Part shown: one piece after another, positions 20,918-31,306 of the stretch
How positions within the stretch are numbered: position 1 is the first letter of the stretch
Layout of the letters: each line of letters starts with the position of its first letter
Assembly (NCBI GenBank): GCA_041663145.1
Contig: JBAZRG010000002.1
Coordinates: 94,618 to 158,617, forward strand
Reading direction: 5' to 3'
DNA from: Minisyncoccota bacterium
GTDB taxonomy: Bacteria > Patescibacteriota > Minisyncoccia > Phycocordibacterales > PALSA-1337
DNA: 64,000 bases
Made by a program: the position numbers and the translations under genes
Notes under the pieces: generated by a model
What the model saw: the letters and a program-made list of their open reading frames with translations, nothing else
Told to the model about the DNA's origin: nothing
Databases searched by the model: none

Positions 20918-22224
20918 TAGTAAGCGCCTCTTCCAAATAGTACCGCTGGAATTGTTTTTAGGATTATTACGGAGTCTAGGAGCATGCTTTGGTTGCAGAC
21001 ATAGTAGAAATCATATTCCAAATTTTCGTGGAGGGGTATGTCTTTGCGTCCCAATATCTGCCACAAACCAGTTAGACCTGGCTTGGCTTTGAGGCGGATC
21101 TGTTGCCATGGTTCGTATTTTTTGACTATAAATTCCATTTCAGGTCTCGGACCGACCAAGCTCATATCTCCTTTGAAAATATTCCAGAGTTGAGGCAATT
21201 CATCCAAACTCAGTCGACGAAGAAATCTGCCTATTTTGGTAATGCGTGGATCGGTCTCATTTTGTGGAGCATATTCATAGAGAGTTGCTGTGCAATGCAT
21301 GGTTCTAAATTTCCAGAGTGTAAATGGTCTGCCATCTGATCCGATGCGTGACTGTTGGATGAGCGCTGGACCATTGGAATCAAGTTTGATCACGGCAGTT
21401 ATGATGAGCCAGAGTGGGGTGACTATTATCATTCCTGTTCCAGCTATGACTATGTCAATGATTCTTTTTGTGTACAAGTAAACAGTATTTGGTCGAACAT
21501 TCGGAGTGATAGAAGGTATATCGTCTATGTTGTTCAAGCGTATCTCTCCGGTAACTAGCCTGAAAGTGTCAAGAATCACTCTGAAACTGTGATGCTTCAG
21601 ATTTTGATCAGCCAATATTTTCATGACTCGCTCACGTCCGAGATATTCATCAGCAATGAATATGTCATCGGAGTTTATTGTGCGTAAGTACGTAGCGGTT
21701 TGAGGATCATTGAAATCTAGCTTGATGACAGATAGATTGGGAAAAACATTTTTGATCTGTTTTTCAATATCTTTTGCTCGATCGCCAGTGCCTATGATAT
21801 GCACATTGTCATCACCATCTTTTTTACCATTCCGCCTATACCTGAAATATCCGAAACGTGTAAGAGTGATGAATATGACTGTGAACAATACAGTCAAGAA
21901 CAATACTCCGCGAGAGAAATCATATTTTATGGCATAAATGACGGCTGTTATGATAAGTGTCCAGACGACCAATGCTTTCAAGACTGTAAATATCCTAGCC
22001 GACAACTCTATATTGCGGACACGATAGAGTCTAAAGGCGGAGAAAATGATTATAAGCAGGACGGAAGCGATGATAAAGGAAAGTAAGTAGCCACCTTTGT
22101 CAAACGTAATCTTCCCAAAGTATGGATTCAGCAGGGAAGATTGGCGGAGAAAGAGGGAAAGAAGGAAGGTGAGGGTGAGGGAAATAGAATCTATGGTAAT
22201 TAGTTTTATGCGATCTATTTGCAT
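20917..22224 (-). CDS. polyprenyl-phosphate glycosylphosphotransferase (WcaJ/WbaP-like initiating transferase)
   Basis: KRIIDI, WKFRTM, DPRITKIGRFLRRLSLDELPQLWNIFKGDMSLVGPRPE, KPGLTGLWQI. Confidence 0.92.
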   Translation of the reverse strand: MQIDRIKLITIDSISLTLTFLLSLFLRQSSLLNPYFGKITFDKGGYLLSFIIASVLLIIIFSAFRLYRVRNIELSARIFTVLKALVVWTLIITAVIYAIKYDFSRGVLFLTVLFTVIFITLTRFGYFRYRRNGKKDGDDNVHIIGTGDRAKDIEKQIKNVFPNLSVIKLDFNDPQTATYLRTINSDDIFIADEYLGRERVMKILADQNLKHHSFRVILDTFRLVTGEIRLNNIDDIPSITPNVRPNTVYLYTKRIIDIVIAGTGMIIVTPLWLIITAVIKLDSNGPALIQQSRIGSDGRPFTLWKFRTMHCTATLYEYAPQNETDPRITKIGRFLRRLSLDELPQLWNIFKGDMSLVGPRPEMEFIVKKYEPWQQIRLKAKPGLTGLWQILGRKDIPLHENLEYDFYYVCNQSMLLDSVIILKTIPAVLFGRGAY

Positions 22225-22301
22225 AGAATTCTTTTCTGAAGAAATATGTTATATTTTTGCTAGGTTAAGAGCCTAAAACATCATCTTACTACACAAATCT
22301 C

Positions 22302-23273
22302 ATGTCTACAAAGTTCCCAAGATTATATAAGAAAAGGGCGAAAATTGCTAAAGCACTAAAGAGTCAAAGCCTCCTTTCTTTTTTTTATGTCATATTGGGA
22401 ATATTGAAAAGTCATATAGTTCAATTATTTCTTAATCTTAAATATAGCTATAAAGATACATCACTTCCGATTTTGCCTCAGATTCATCCAGTGTTTGACA
22501 GGCCGGTAACAATAATAATCCCTTTTCGTGATAACATTCATTTGCTCGAAAGATGTTTGAATAGCATTTTTGATAGGACTTCATATAATAATTTCAATTT
22601 AATTCTTATAAATAATCGGAGTGTAGAAGCAAAGACTGCGAAATATCTTTCATCTATAAAAAACGATCCACTCATTCGAATATTAGACTATGATAAATCT
22701 TTCAATTACTCCGATATGCACAATTGGGCGATGAATTTTGTTCAAACTGAAAATATATTATTACTTAATAATGATACGGAAGTTATAACTCCAAATTGGC
22801 TTGAATCACTCACCGCTTGGATAGAACAAGAGAAAGTTGGAGCGGTTGGGGCGCTCCTCTTATTTCCAAATGGGACGGTACAACATGCTGGAGTCGGCTT
22901 GTATCCCGAGATTGCATGTCATCTTTACGAAGGTGAATCGCCAAATGGAGATAATAAAAGTTCGATCAATCAATGTCGCGAGCTCTATGCTGTTACTGGT
23001 GCTTGTATGATGACAAAAAGAAATCTTTTCGAGGGAGTTCAAGGAATGGACAGCGCAAATTTGCCGGTGAATTTCAATGATGTGGATTATTGTTTGAAAC
23101 TGAGACAGAGAGGCTATAAGATTGTTTTCGAACCCTCTGTCAAACTTTATCACCATGAATCTTATACCAGAGGCAATGCGTGGACTCAGATTACGAGATA
23201 CAGATCATACAAAAAAGAGCATAGATTTTTCTGGAAGAAATGGAAAAAATATATCGGAGATATCGTTAAATGA
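22302..23273 (+). CDS. glycosyltransferase family 2
   Basis: TIIIPFRD, LLLNNDTEV, AVTGACMM, FNDVDYCLK. Confidence 0.9.
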   Translation: MSTKFPRLYKKRAKIAKALKSQSLLSFFYVILGILKSHIVQLFLNLKYSYKDTSLPILPQIHPVFDRPVTIIIPFRDNIHLLERCLNSIFDRTSYNNFNLILINNRSVEAKTAKYLSSIKNDPLIRILDYDKSFNYSDMHNWAMNFVQTENILLLNNDTEVITPNWLESLTAWIEQEKVGAVGALLLFPNGTVQHAGVGLYPEIACHLYEGESPNGDNKSSINQCRELYAVTGACMMTKRNLFEGVQGMDSANLPVNFNDVDYCLKLRQRGYKIVFEPSVKLYHHESYTRGNAWTQITRYRSYKKEHRFFWKKWKKYIGDIVK

Positions 23274-23286
23274 CGATTTCCGATTG

Positions 23287-24111
23287 TTATTTTCGACGTA
23301 GACGCGCTTCCTTTTTTACGCGAACAGAGAAATGATTTGCACCTATTATTAGGATTATCAAATCGATCAGATATTTGATTGGATATTCTATTATGTTCAA
23401 GTATTTATCCTGGACAAGATACGTTTCGACGGAATTCTCAAAAGCATTTTCCGGTGCCAGTGACCAATTTTGGCCATGCATAACAAAAACATCTACTAGT
23501 CGGTCAAAAAACATCCATCGTGTCTTATTCCGTATCCTTAAAAAAAAATCATAATCCATTGGACACTTTATCGATTCATCGAAATATCCGTATTGTTCGA
23601 AGACTTGTCTTTTGATGAATACGGACTGGTGATTGATGGAAGAGTGGAATTTCAACAGATATTTTCCAAGAAAACTTCTGGAGGAAAATCGGGAACATTT
23701 CGAGCGATTTGTTGTTTTAACAATTGTTCCTGATGGATTTATTCTGGTTTCTTTTCCATATATCCAATCGCAGTTATTTTGCTTCAGAAACAAATCGACA
23801 TCAGTCAAGACCTCTTTATCATGAAGACGATCGTCGGAATGAAGATGAATCAAGTATTCTCCCTTGGTCACCATGGTACCTTCATTCATGGCATTTGATA
23901 TACCTTTTGCCGGACGACTGACTAGCGATACTTTGTCAGGAAATTTATTTTTATACTCCTCTATTATTTCTATTGTTCGGTCGGTGGACTCACCATCAAC
24001 GAATATATGTTCGTAGTTACCAAATGTCTGCGAAGCGACACTGTCAATATTGTATTTTAGATATTCTTCGCTGTTTTTAGTACAGGTAATAATGGAGAAT
24101 CTAGGCTTCAT
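23287..24111 (-). CDS. glycosyltransferase family 2
   Basis: FSIITCTKN, FVDGESTDRT, LHSDD, MDYDFFLR. Confidence 0.9.
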   Translation of the reverse strand: MKPRFSIITCTKNSEEYLKYNIDSVASQTFGNYEHIFVDGESTDRTIEIIEEYKNKFPDKVSLVSRPAKGISNAMNEGTMVTKGEYLIHLHSDDRLHDKEVLTDVDLFLKQNNCDWIYGKETRINPSGTIVKTTNRSKCSRFSSRSFLGKYLLKFHSSINHQSVFIKRQVFEQYGYFDESIKCPMDYDFFLRIRNKTRWMFFDRLVDVFVMHGQNWSLAPENAFENSVETYLVQDKYLNIIEYPIKYLIDLIILIIGANHFSVRVKKEARLRRK

Positions 24112-24817
24112 ATTTTGTGTTTTCAAATATAGCATCGGCCTGAAGTGGTTGCAATGTTGTTGGATCTAGCAACTGTTCAATGTTACCAATGTAGTTAAAA
24201 CCCATTTTTGTGAGTTTATTGTATATATCATCAAAGAGTGGTTGACCCTCATATAGACTTTTGTAACTGACTTCAATCATGATTATCGGAGAGAGTTTGA
24301 ATGTTTCAAGACCACCATTTATCACGTTTATTTCGTATCCTTGGGTATCAATCTTGATAAAAGGTCTTTTGCATTTGTCCCTTATCTCATCGATATTGTC
24401 GAGCTTTCTTACCAATACAATCTCTTTTTGTGATTTTGCTGTAAAAGGAAAAGCTTTTTTATGCAGATCGTCCATCTTTAGTAGTGATGAAGAAGGACTG
24501 AATTCACAATGATTCATCGACATTTCTTTATTTTCATCTCCGATTGCACATTGTATAACTTTTACATTTTGTCGGTCTTTTGTTTTCGTCTGAAGTTTTT
24601 TGTAGACCTCTCTAAGAGGTTCAAAACAATATGTTTGTTTTCCAGGGAAGACTTTCATTATTTTTTCAAGAAACTGACCCTCGTTTGCTCCGATATCAAG
24701 GATTGAATCAATGGTATATTTTTTTAGCCAAGATAAATCAGAGGAACTGTCATTTGTAGTGTCTCTTACTCGAAAATGAAATATTGGTCGTAATATTTTT
24801 TTTATGATATTTTTCAT
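24101..24817 (-). CDS. FkbM family methyltransferase
   Basis: LDIGANEGQF, CFEP, IKIDTQGYE. Confidence 0.9.
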   Translation of the reverse strand: MKNIIKKILRPIFHFRVRDTTNDSSSDLSWLKKYTIDSILDIGANEGQFLEKIMKVFPGKQTYCFEPLREVYKKLQTKTKDRQNVKVIQCAIGDENKEMSMNHCEFSPSSSLLKMDDLHKKAFPFTAKSQKEIVLVRKLDNIDEIRDKCKRPFIKIDTQGYEINVINGGLETFKLSPIIMIEVSYKSLYEGQPLFDDIYNKLTKMGFNYIGNIEQLLDPTTLQPLQADAIFENTKYEA

Positions 24818-24821
24818 GTCT

Positions 24822-26045
24822 TTACAGTTTTTTTGTGTCCATACGAATCAATGATGCCATGGGTCCATATATTTTACTGCCAAAAAGTTTGTCTCTAAGA
24901 TTGTTTTTACTACTGATGATGCGAAAGAATGTTTCTGCAGTATCGACAAATTCAATAGTTGGTCTCTGAAGATTGGCGTTAATCTTGTATGTACCAACAT
25001 TAAAAAAGAATGCCGGTATTGTAATATTTGAACGGAATGTGCCAGGCGTGTAATTTCTCAATTGGCCGTCAATATCTCCCTCGGAAACGTGGTATATCAC
25101 TTTTGAATCTGCATAAAAGATAATACATGGAATCACTTTGCTAAGAGATTCTTTTACTACAAATTCAAATTGAATTTGAAAAGGTGAGTCAATTGATAAT
25201 TTTGAAGATATTTTGTTGGAGTTATCAAGTAGTTTTACCGACGATATGTAAGCTTCATCTTTTGTTGTTTTATTTTGGGGAGCGGTGTACACCATCGTAT
25301 CGTTTATGTATTTTGCTACAATGTCTGTAGAATCACCCATTTCCTTTATTATTCCATTGTCCAGATATATTGTTTTTGAACAAATATTTTCAATAACATC
25401 CAGGTTGTGGCTAACAAGCAAAACAGTTCGTCCTTCTGTCTTGGACACATTTTCTATTTTCCCCAAACATTTTTTCTGAAATTCGGCATCGCCGACCGCT
25501 AGGACTTCGTCTACGATCAAGATGTCTGGTTCAAGATGGGCGGCGACGGCGAAGGCTAGGCGGACATACATGCCACTCGAGTAGTGCTTGACTGGTGTGT
25601 CTAGAAATTTCTCTATGTCAGCAAAGGCGACTATCTCATCAAATTTCTTGGCGACCTCTTTTCTGGTCATGCCTAGAATGACACCATTTAAGAAGATATT
25701 TTCTCTGCCGGTAAGCTCTGGGTGGAAGCCGGTGCCAACTTCCAAAAGGGAAGAGACACGACCAAAAAGTTTGACTTTGCCTTCGGTTGGTTTTGTTATA
25801 CCAGACAAAATCTTGAGAAGGGTTGATTTGCCAGCACCATTTTTACCTATGATGCCTATGATGTCACCTTTGTTTACGGTCAAATTTATGTCCTTAAGTG
25901 CCGAAAATGATTCGCGAGTCTTGCGTCTTCTGAATGGGTGCCTAATGAAACCCACGATAGTGTCGCGCAAAGTTCCATAACGAACCTTTTCGTGCATTAT
26001 GGGATATTTTTTTCCAAGGCCGGAAATTTCTATGATTGGTTTCAT
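24822..26045 (-). CDS. wzt: polysaccharide ABC exporter ATP-binding subunit Wzt with C-terminal carbohydrate-binding domain
   Basis: GKNGAGKST, GFHPELTGRENI, YSSGMYVRLAF, DEVLAVGD, Wzt_C-like tail. Confidence 0.9.
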   Translation of the reverse strand: MKPIIEISGLGKKYPIMHEKVRYGTLRDTIVGFIRHPFRRRKTRESFSALKDINLTVNKGDIIGIIGKNGAGKSTLLKILSGITKPTEGKVKLFGRVSSLLEVGTGFHPELTGRENIFLNGVILGMTRKEVAKKFDEIVAFADIEKFLDTPVKHYSSGMYVRLAFAVAAHLEPDILIVDEVLAVGDAEFQKKCLGKIENVSKTEGRTVLLVSHNLDVIENICSKTIYLDNGIIKEMGDSTDIVAKYINDTMVYTAPQNKTTKDEAYISSVKLLDNSNKISSKLSIDSPFQIQFEFVVKESLSKVIPCIIFYADSKVIYHVSEGDIDGQLRNYTPGTFRSNITIPAFFFNVGTYKINANLQRPTIEFVDTAETFFRIISSKNNLRDKLFGSKIYGPMASLIRMDTKKL

Positions 26046-26048
26046 GGT

Positions 26049-26897
26049 TTATATAACATCGGAAAATGCTCCTTCGGACTTGCTAAAATAATACATGCTC
26101 CAAATGAAAAGCAGTAAGGTGATGAGTAGAGATAAAATAATGGGAGTGGTTGAAAAAGGTAGAGAGAATATGGAAGAACGAAAGGCCTCTATGATTCCGG
26201 TGATGGGATTTAGGTTCAATAGAAATTGATATTTTCCCAAACTGGTTCCAGCATATATGACAGGGCTAAGGAATAGTCCAAGTTGAATGAAAAATGGAAG
26301 AGCGTATTGAACATCGCGGTATTTGACATTGAAAGCAGAGAGAAAGATGCCTATGCTAGCAGAAACTATTCCAAGTAAGAGTAGTATCGGAATTATGAGA
26401 AGTATACTGATGTTTGAAGGAAAGACATGAAAATAAATCATTAGTCCGACTAAGATGACGAGAGAAATAGCTAGGTCAATGGATTGAGTAACTATTTTTG
26501 CTAAGGGAACGATGATACGTGGAAAATATATCTTAGTGATCATCTGACTTGAGACGACTAGAGATGTGCTGGCCTCATTTATGGAATTGGAAAAGAATTG
26601 CCAAATGACAAGACCAGAATATACAAAAAGGGCATAAGGGATGACATTGTTGGTCATACCACCGAATCTGCCAAAGATAAAAACGAAAGCCAACATGGCC
26701 ACTACAGGCTGAAATATGGCCCAGGCAATGCCTATGATAGTCTGACGGTATCTGACCTTATAATCCCTCCAGGCAAGCAGATATAGAAGCTCGCGATGAT
26801 GCCAAATGTCACCAATCTCCAGAAAAGGGTCAAATCTGGTACGTGGTTCTATGACTTTGAGTGGTATTCGAGGGGCGGATGTCTCCTGCATCGCCAT
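26049..26897 (-). CDS. wzm: polysaccharide ABC exporter permease Wzm
   Basis: RDYKVRYRQTIIGIAWAIFQP, KIYFPR, YRDVQY, LNPITGIIEAFR. Confidence 0.9.
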   Translation of the reverse strand: MAMQETSAPRIPLKVIEPRTRFDPFLEIGDIWHHRELLYLLAWRDYKVRYRQTIIGIAWAIFQPVVAMLAFVFIFGRFGGMTNNVIPYALFVYSGLVIWQFFSNSINEASTSLVVSSQMITKIYFPRIIVPLAKIVTQSIDLAISLVILVGLMIYFHVFPSNISILLIIPILLLLGIVSASIGIFLSAFNVKYRDVQYALPFFIQLGLFLSPVIYAGTSLGKYQFLLNLNPITGIIEAFRSSIFSLPFSTTPIILSLLITLLLFIWSMYYFSKSEGAFSDVI

Positions 26898-26972
26898 ATA
26901 TTAGCATGATATAATCGCTTTATAACAACATGAAAATTTTATGGAAACGTTAATGTGTTATGAACACAAGTA

Positions 26973-27743
26973 ATGAAATACGTGACTATTATAATTGTCA
27001 CATATAATTCCAGTCAATTTATAAATAATTGTTTAAATTTTTTGTTGTCTTCGGACGCACTTTCGATAAGTAGGATCATTGTTATAGATAATAATTCAGT
27101 GGATGGTACACAAGAATTATTGCAAAAATTCAGCAATATGTCTGAGATCACTATTATCTATAATATGAAAAATGTTGGGTATACGAAAGCATGCAATCAA
27201 GGCATAATGATGTCTTCGAGTAAATATGTCTTAATCCTCAACCCCGATATACAAGTAGGTAATGGATCAGTAAAGAGATTGTATGAATATATGGAAAGAT
27301 ATGATGTGGCAGTTGTGGGAGGAAAACTTATGTATTTTGACGGCAAGCTCCAGTACTCATGTCGTACATTTCCCAGTCCATTAACTTTTTTATATAGAGC
27401 TTTACAGATTGAAAATAATAAGACGATAAGGACACATTTGATGTACGATTTCGATCATGGGGAACCTCGTGATGTTGACTGGTTACTCGGTTCTTGTCTG
27501 ATGATTAGGCGAAAAGTTTTAGATGAAATCGGTTTTCTTGATGAGAAGTATTTTATGTATTATAGCGATGTTGAATTTTGTTGGAGAGTCCATAAAAATA
27601 ATTGGAAAGTGACATATGTACCTGACTCTGAAATGTTTCATTATTATCAGAGACAAAGTGCTAAAGGTGTACCTGGTTTTCTCGCATTATCGCACTTAAG
27701 GAGTGCTGTTAGGTTTTTTGTCAAAAGATACATTAAAGCTTAA
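26973..27743 (+). CDS. glycosyltransferase family 2 (WbbL-like)
   Basis: IIIVTYNS, IDNNSVDGT, LNPD, LDEKYFMYYSDVEFC. Confidence 0.9.
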   Translation: MKYVTIIIVTYNSSQFINNCLNFLLSSDALSISRIIVIDNNSVDGTQELLQKFSNMSEITIIYNMKNVGYTKACNQGIMMSSSKYVLILNPDIQVGNGSVKRLYEYMERYDVAVVGGKLMYFDGKLQYSCRTFPSPLTFLYRALQIENNKTIRTHLMYDFDHGEPRDVDWLLGSCLMIRRKVLDEIGFLDEKYFMYYSDVEFCWRVHKNNWKVTYVPDSEMFHYYQRQSAKGVPGFLALSHLRSAVRFFVKRYIKA

Positions 27744-27817
27744 GGCATTAATTATCAATTGTTCCAATACTTCCAAAGCGTCATTTGTTTTCATCTAAAA
27801 AATGTTAGAATAATTAA

Positions 27818-28810
27818 ATGAAGATATTCAGGTTGGTAGCATCAGTCGTCCTTGTTCTCATCATTTTCGCATCGGTTTATTTCATTTATTCAAGATTAAC
27901 AACACTATCTTCAGAATTCAGATTGGTGGAATTTCTCCGAGTAGATCCTGCTAAATCTTTTTCTGTCATTGTCCTTCCCGATACTCAGTTTTATTCGTCT
28001 CATTATCCTGGAATATTTTGTAGTCAAACACAATGGATTGTAGACTATAAGGATGATTTGAATATAGTATTTGTTTCGCACATGGGTGATATAGTGAATG
28101 ATGGGGCAAAAGAGATGAAGCAATGGAAGAATGCTTCAAAATGTCTTAGGAAGTTGGATGGAATTGTTCCTTATAGTGTCATTCCTGGCAATCATGATAC
28201 GAATATTCAGAGTGATAAATCATCTGGATTATCAATGTATGACAAATTCTTTCCGGTCTTAACATCCAAACGTAATGGTTGGTACGGTGGCAATTTTGAT
28301 GGCAATAGAAATAATTTTGAGATGATTTCTTCAAATGGTTTGAAGCTATTATTTATCAATTTGGAGATTGAGCCGACGGATGCCGTTTTGAATTGGGCAA
28401 ATGATATAGTTAGGAATAATTCCACTGTGTATACAATAGTAACAACGCATAAATATCTTGATATAGATGGAAAGAATCCTGAAAATAAGAGAGCATTTAG
28501 TATAGATGGCAATACTGGGGAAGATATTTGGAATAAATTAGTATTTGATAATTGCTCTATAGCCATGGTTTTGTCAGGACACTTTCATGGTGAGAATAAA
28601 ATTACAAAAATCAATTCGTGCGGAAATGATGTGAGTCAGATCGTTCAAGATTATCAGGCCAGAGAAAATGGTGGAAACGGCTGGTTGCGTATATACGTTT
28701 TTACACCAAATGATAAAAAGATTGATGTCTATACATATTCTCCATATTTGGGGAAAATAGAAATTGATGACAACAGTTCTTTTTCTTTAGGGATACCTGT
28801 TGATAACTAA
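27818..28810 (+). CDS. membrane-anchored calcineurin-like metallophosphoesterase
   Basis: PDTQ, HMGDIV, PGNHD, TTH, SGHFH. Confidence 0.85.
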   Translation: MKIFRLVASVVLVLIIFASVYFIYSRLTTLSSEFRLVEFLRVDPAKSFSVIVLPDTQFYSSHYPGIFCSQTQWIVDYKDDLNIVFVSHMGDIVNDGAKEMKQWKNASKCLRKLDGIVPYSVIPGNHDTNIQSDKSSGLSMYDKFFPVLTSKRNGWYGGNFDGNRNNFEMISSNGLKLLFINLEIEPTDAVLNWANDIVRNNSTVYTIVTTHKYLDIDGKNPENKRAFSIDGNTGEDIWNKLVFDNCSIAMVLSGHFHGENKITKINSCGNDVSQIVQDYQARENGGNGWLRIYVFTPNDKKIDVYTYSPYLGKIEIDDNSSFSLGIPVDN

Positions 28811-28867
28811 CATAGCGGTAAAGCCGTAAAGCGGTTATTATTGAGTCATAGTCTTATAATTTTAAAT

Positions 28868-29338
28868 ATGAATAAATACCCTCACTCTAAAGGTAAAGGT
28901 TTTACATTGATCGAGCTTCTCGTTGTCATAGCTATTATCGGCATCCTGGCATCGGTGGTATTGGTCAGTTTGGGAGCGGCAAAGGGCAAAGCTGCCGATG
29001 TAAAGATAATCTCTGACATAAAACAGATCCGAAGCGAGCTCGAGAGCAACTTTGATGGCTCGTCATATCCAGATCTTACAAACGACAGTCCCGTATATAC
29101 CGGTTTTGTAGCAGATGGAAATCCTGGTACTACAACCATAAATGCTTTGATTAGCGATATGAATTCTCAAGGCAGTGAAATAGTCGTTGTAAATGCGCCA
29201 TCAGATCCTTCGACATTCGTAACCGGTTACGCTCTATATGGAAGATTGGTATCGAGCAGTACTATGTATGTCTGCATGGATTCGACTGGCAAGACAAATC
29301 TGGAAGCATCCGATAACACAACATCGGTCTGCCCATAG
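28868..29338 (+). CDS. type IV pilin
   Basis: KG|FTLIELLVVIAIIGILAS; YVCMDSTG. Confidence 0.85.
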   Translation: MNKYPHSKGKGFTLIELLVVIAIIGILASVVLVSLGAAKGKAADVKIISDIKQIRSELESNFDGSSYPDLTNDSPVYTGFVADGNPGTTTINALISDMNSQGSEIVVVNAPSDPSTFVTGYALYGRLVSSSTMYVCMDSTGKTNLEASDNTTSVCP

Positions 29339-29364
29339 AGAATTATAAGTGATATAATTTCACC

Positions 29365-29841
29365 ATGTCTAATAAAAATCTAAAGAATAAGGGTTTTACA
29401 TTGGTTGAGCTCATGGTAGTCGTGGTGATCATCGGTATATTGTCTGCTGTTGTCTTGGCAAACTTGAGTTCGGTCAAGTCAAAGTCCAGAGATGCAAAAA
29501 GGATTGCCGATGTCGGACAGATACAGTTGGCATTGGAGCAATATTTCGGAAGATGTCATGAATATCCAGGGGCACTTTCTGTGGGGTCATCTTGTTCCGA
29601 TCAAAGCGGAAATACTGTGAGTTTGTCGGATTTTATTTCTGTGATACCTACACCATCTTCACAGGCTGGTCAAAATAATTATCAGTATACGACAAAACAG
29701 TCTGGTCTGGATTATTATATTATGGCCACACTCGAAAATGACAATGAGGTCTTAACGGAAAGCCTTCCTTATGATTCGGTGGAATACCCAGATTGTTACG
29801 GTTCCTCGTATCCAAAAAATTATTGCGTAGGTCCTAGGTAG
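29365..29841 (+). CDS. type IV pilin / GspG-like pseudopilin
   Basis: KG|FTLVELMVVVVIIGILSA; SRDAKRIADV.QIQLALEQY. Confidence 0.85.
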   Translation: MSNKNLKNKGFTLVELMVVVVIIGILSAVVLANLSSVKSKSRDAKRIADVGQIQLALEQYFGRCHEYPGALSVGSSCSDQSGNTVSLSDFISVIPTPSSQAGQNNYQYTTKQSGLDYYIMATLENDNEVLTESLPYDSVEYPDCYGSSYPKNYCVGPR

Positions 29842-29873
29842 ATTGTGTCGATGGGAATTTCCGAATAAGTAAC

Positions 29874-30677
29874 GTGGATACATTATCTCTCATACTTTCA
29901 TTTATATTCGGTACCATAGTCGGTAGCTTCTTGAATGTGGTGTCTTTGCGATTAAATACTGGAAATACAGTGGGCGGTCGGTCAAAGTGCATGTCTTGCG
30001 GTAAACAATTGATATGGTTCGAACTTATACCTATATTGTCATTTTTTGTCCAAAATGGCTCGTGTCGAAAATGTAAAAGTAAAATATCATGGCAATATCC
30101 ATTGGTAGAATTTTTCGGCGGGGCAATATTTGTACTTATTTTCCTAACATTTCCGCCGGTATCACTAGAGACTGGATTACAAACTTTACTTTATATAATA
30201 ACAACATGTCTCCTCATAGTGATTGCGACTTACGATATCAAACACAAGATCATTCCTGATCCATTCGTATATACTTTTGCCCTTATAGCATTGTTGAGTC
30301 AGATATTTGGAGGAGCTTCCTGGATACATATACCGAGCGTATCGACATTGTTGGCTGGACCTTTATTGGCATTGCCTTTTGCTTTGATCTGGCTCATCTC
30401 GAAGGGAACATGGATGGGTCTAGGAGATGCCAAGCTGGTATTGGGGATCGGCTGGTTGCTCGGTCTTTATTCTGGGGTAAATGCTATCGTTCTGGCTTTT
30501 TGGATTGCGGCCGCAGTTTCGGTGATATGGCTCATTCTCACATCCAAAGAGTTCAAGGCCAAAACCGAAGTGCCTTTTGGCCCATATCTCATCATTGGTA
30601 TGTATTTGGTCCTGTTTTTTGAGGTGTCTGTTATCGATATTCACATACTTAGGGATCTTGTGCTGTCGTATATTTGA
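29874..30677 (+). CDS. pilD: prepilin peptidase
   Basis: GSFLNVV, RSKCMSC, CRKC, YDIKHKIIPD, MGLGDAKL, VPFGPYL. Confidence 0.93.
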   Translation: MDTLSLILSFIFGTIVGSFLNVVSLRLNTGNTVGGRSKCMSCGKQLIWFELIPILSFFVQNGSCRKCKSKISWQYPLVEFFGGAIFVLIFLTFPPVSLETGLQTLLYIITTCLLIVIATYDIKHKIIPDPFVYTFALIALLSQIFGGASWIHIPSVSTLLAGPLLALPFALIWLISKGTWMGLGDAKLVLGIGWLLGLYSGVNAIVLAFWIAAAVSVIWLILTSKEFKAKTEVPFGPYLIIGMYLVLFFEVSVIDIHILRDLVLSYI

Positions 30678-30701
30678 GTCAAAGGAGATATAATATAACA
30701 A

Positions 30702-31304
30702 ATGAGATCTTCACGAATCCAAAAAGGCTTCACATTGATCGAGCTCATGGTCACCGTGGGGATATTTGTCTTCATGACGGCGCTTCTTCTCGCAAAATAT
30801 AACAATTTCAATTCAGGGACTCTACTCACAAATCTAGCCTATGATGTGGCTTTGACTTTACGTCAAGCTCAGACATACGGTCTAAGTGTGGTCAATAGTC
30901 AACAGTCAGGAGCAAATTTTAGTAAGGCTTATGGAGTATATTTCGTAGATGAATCCGCAGAATATACTTTTTTTGTCGATTTTAATACAAAGGCATTTAA
31001 TACTGAGGGGATATTGAATGATACCAATGACGCAATCGAATCTATAAGCAAATATACTTTGAAACGAGGAGCGACTGTCACTGGACTTTGCGCGGTAAAC
31101 GATACAATCTGTTCGTCTTCGGATTTCAATAAGACTCATTTGGGCATCACTTTCAAAAGACCAGATCCAGATGCCATCATCAAAGCCAGTACAGATGGTT
31201 CCAATTGGGATACATACAACCATGCGGAAATAAGAGTTTCCCAAAACGGCGTTCATCGTATAATAAAGGTCAATAGTTATGGTCAGATCGGTATTCAAGA
31301 TTAA
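30702..31304 (+). CDS. minor pilin (FimT/GspH-like)
   Basis: KG|FTLIELMVTVGI; AYGVYF. Confidence 0.8.
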   Translation: MRSSRIQKGFTLIELMVTVGIFVFMTALLLAKYNNFNSGTLLTNLAYDVALTLRQAQTYGLSVVNSQQSGANFSKAYGVYFVDESAEYTFFVDFNTKAFNTEGILNDTNDAIESISKYTLKRGATVTGLCAVNDTICSSSDFNKTHLGITFKRPDPDAIIKASTDGSNWDTYNHAEIRVSQNGVHRIIKVNSYGQIGIQD

Positions 31305-31306
31305 TC

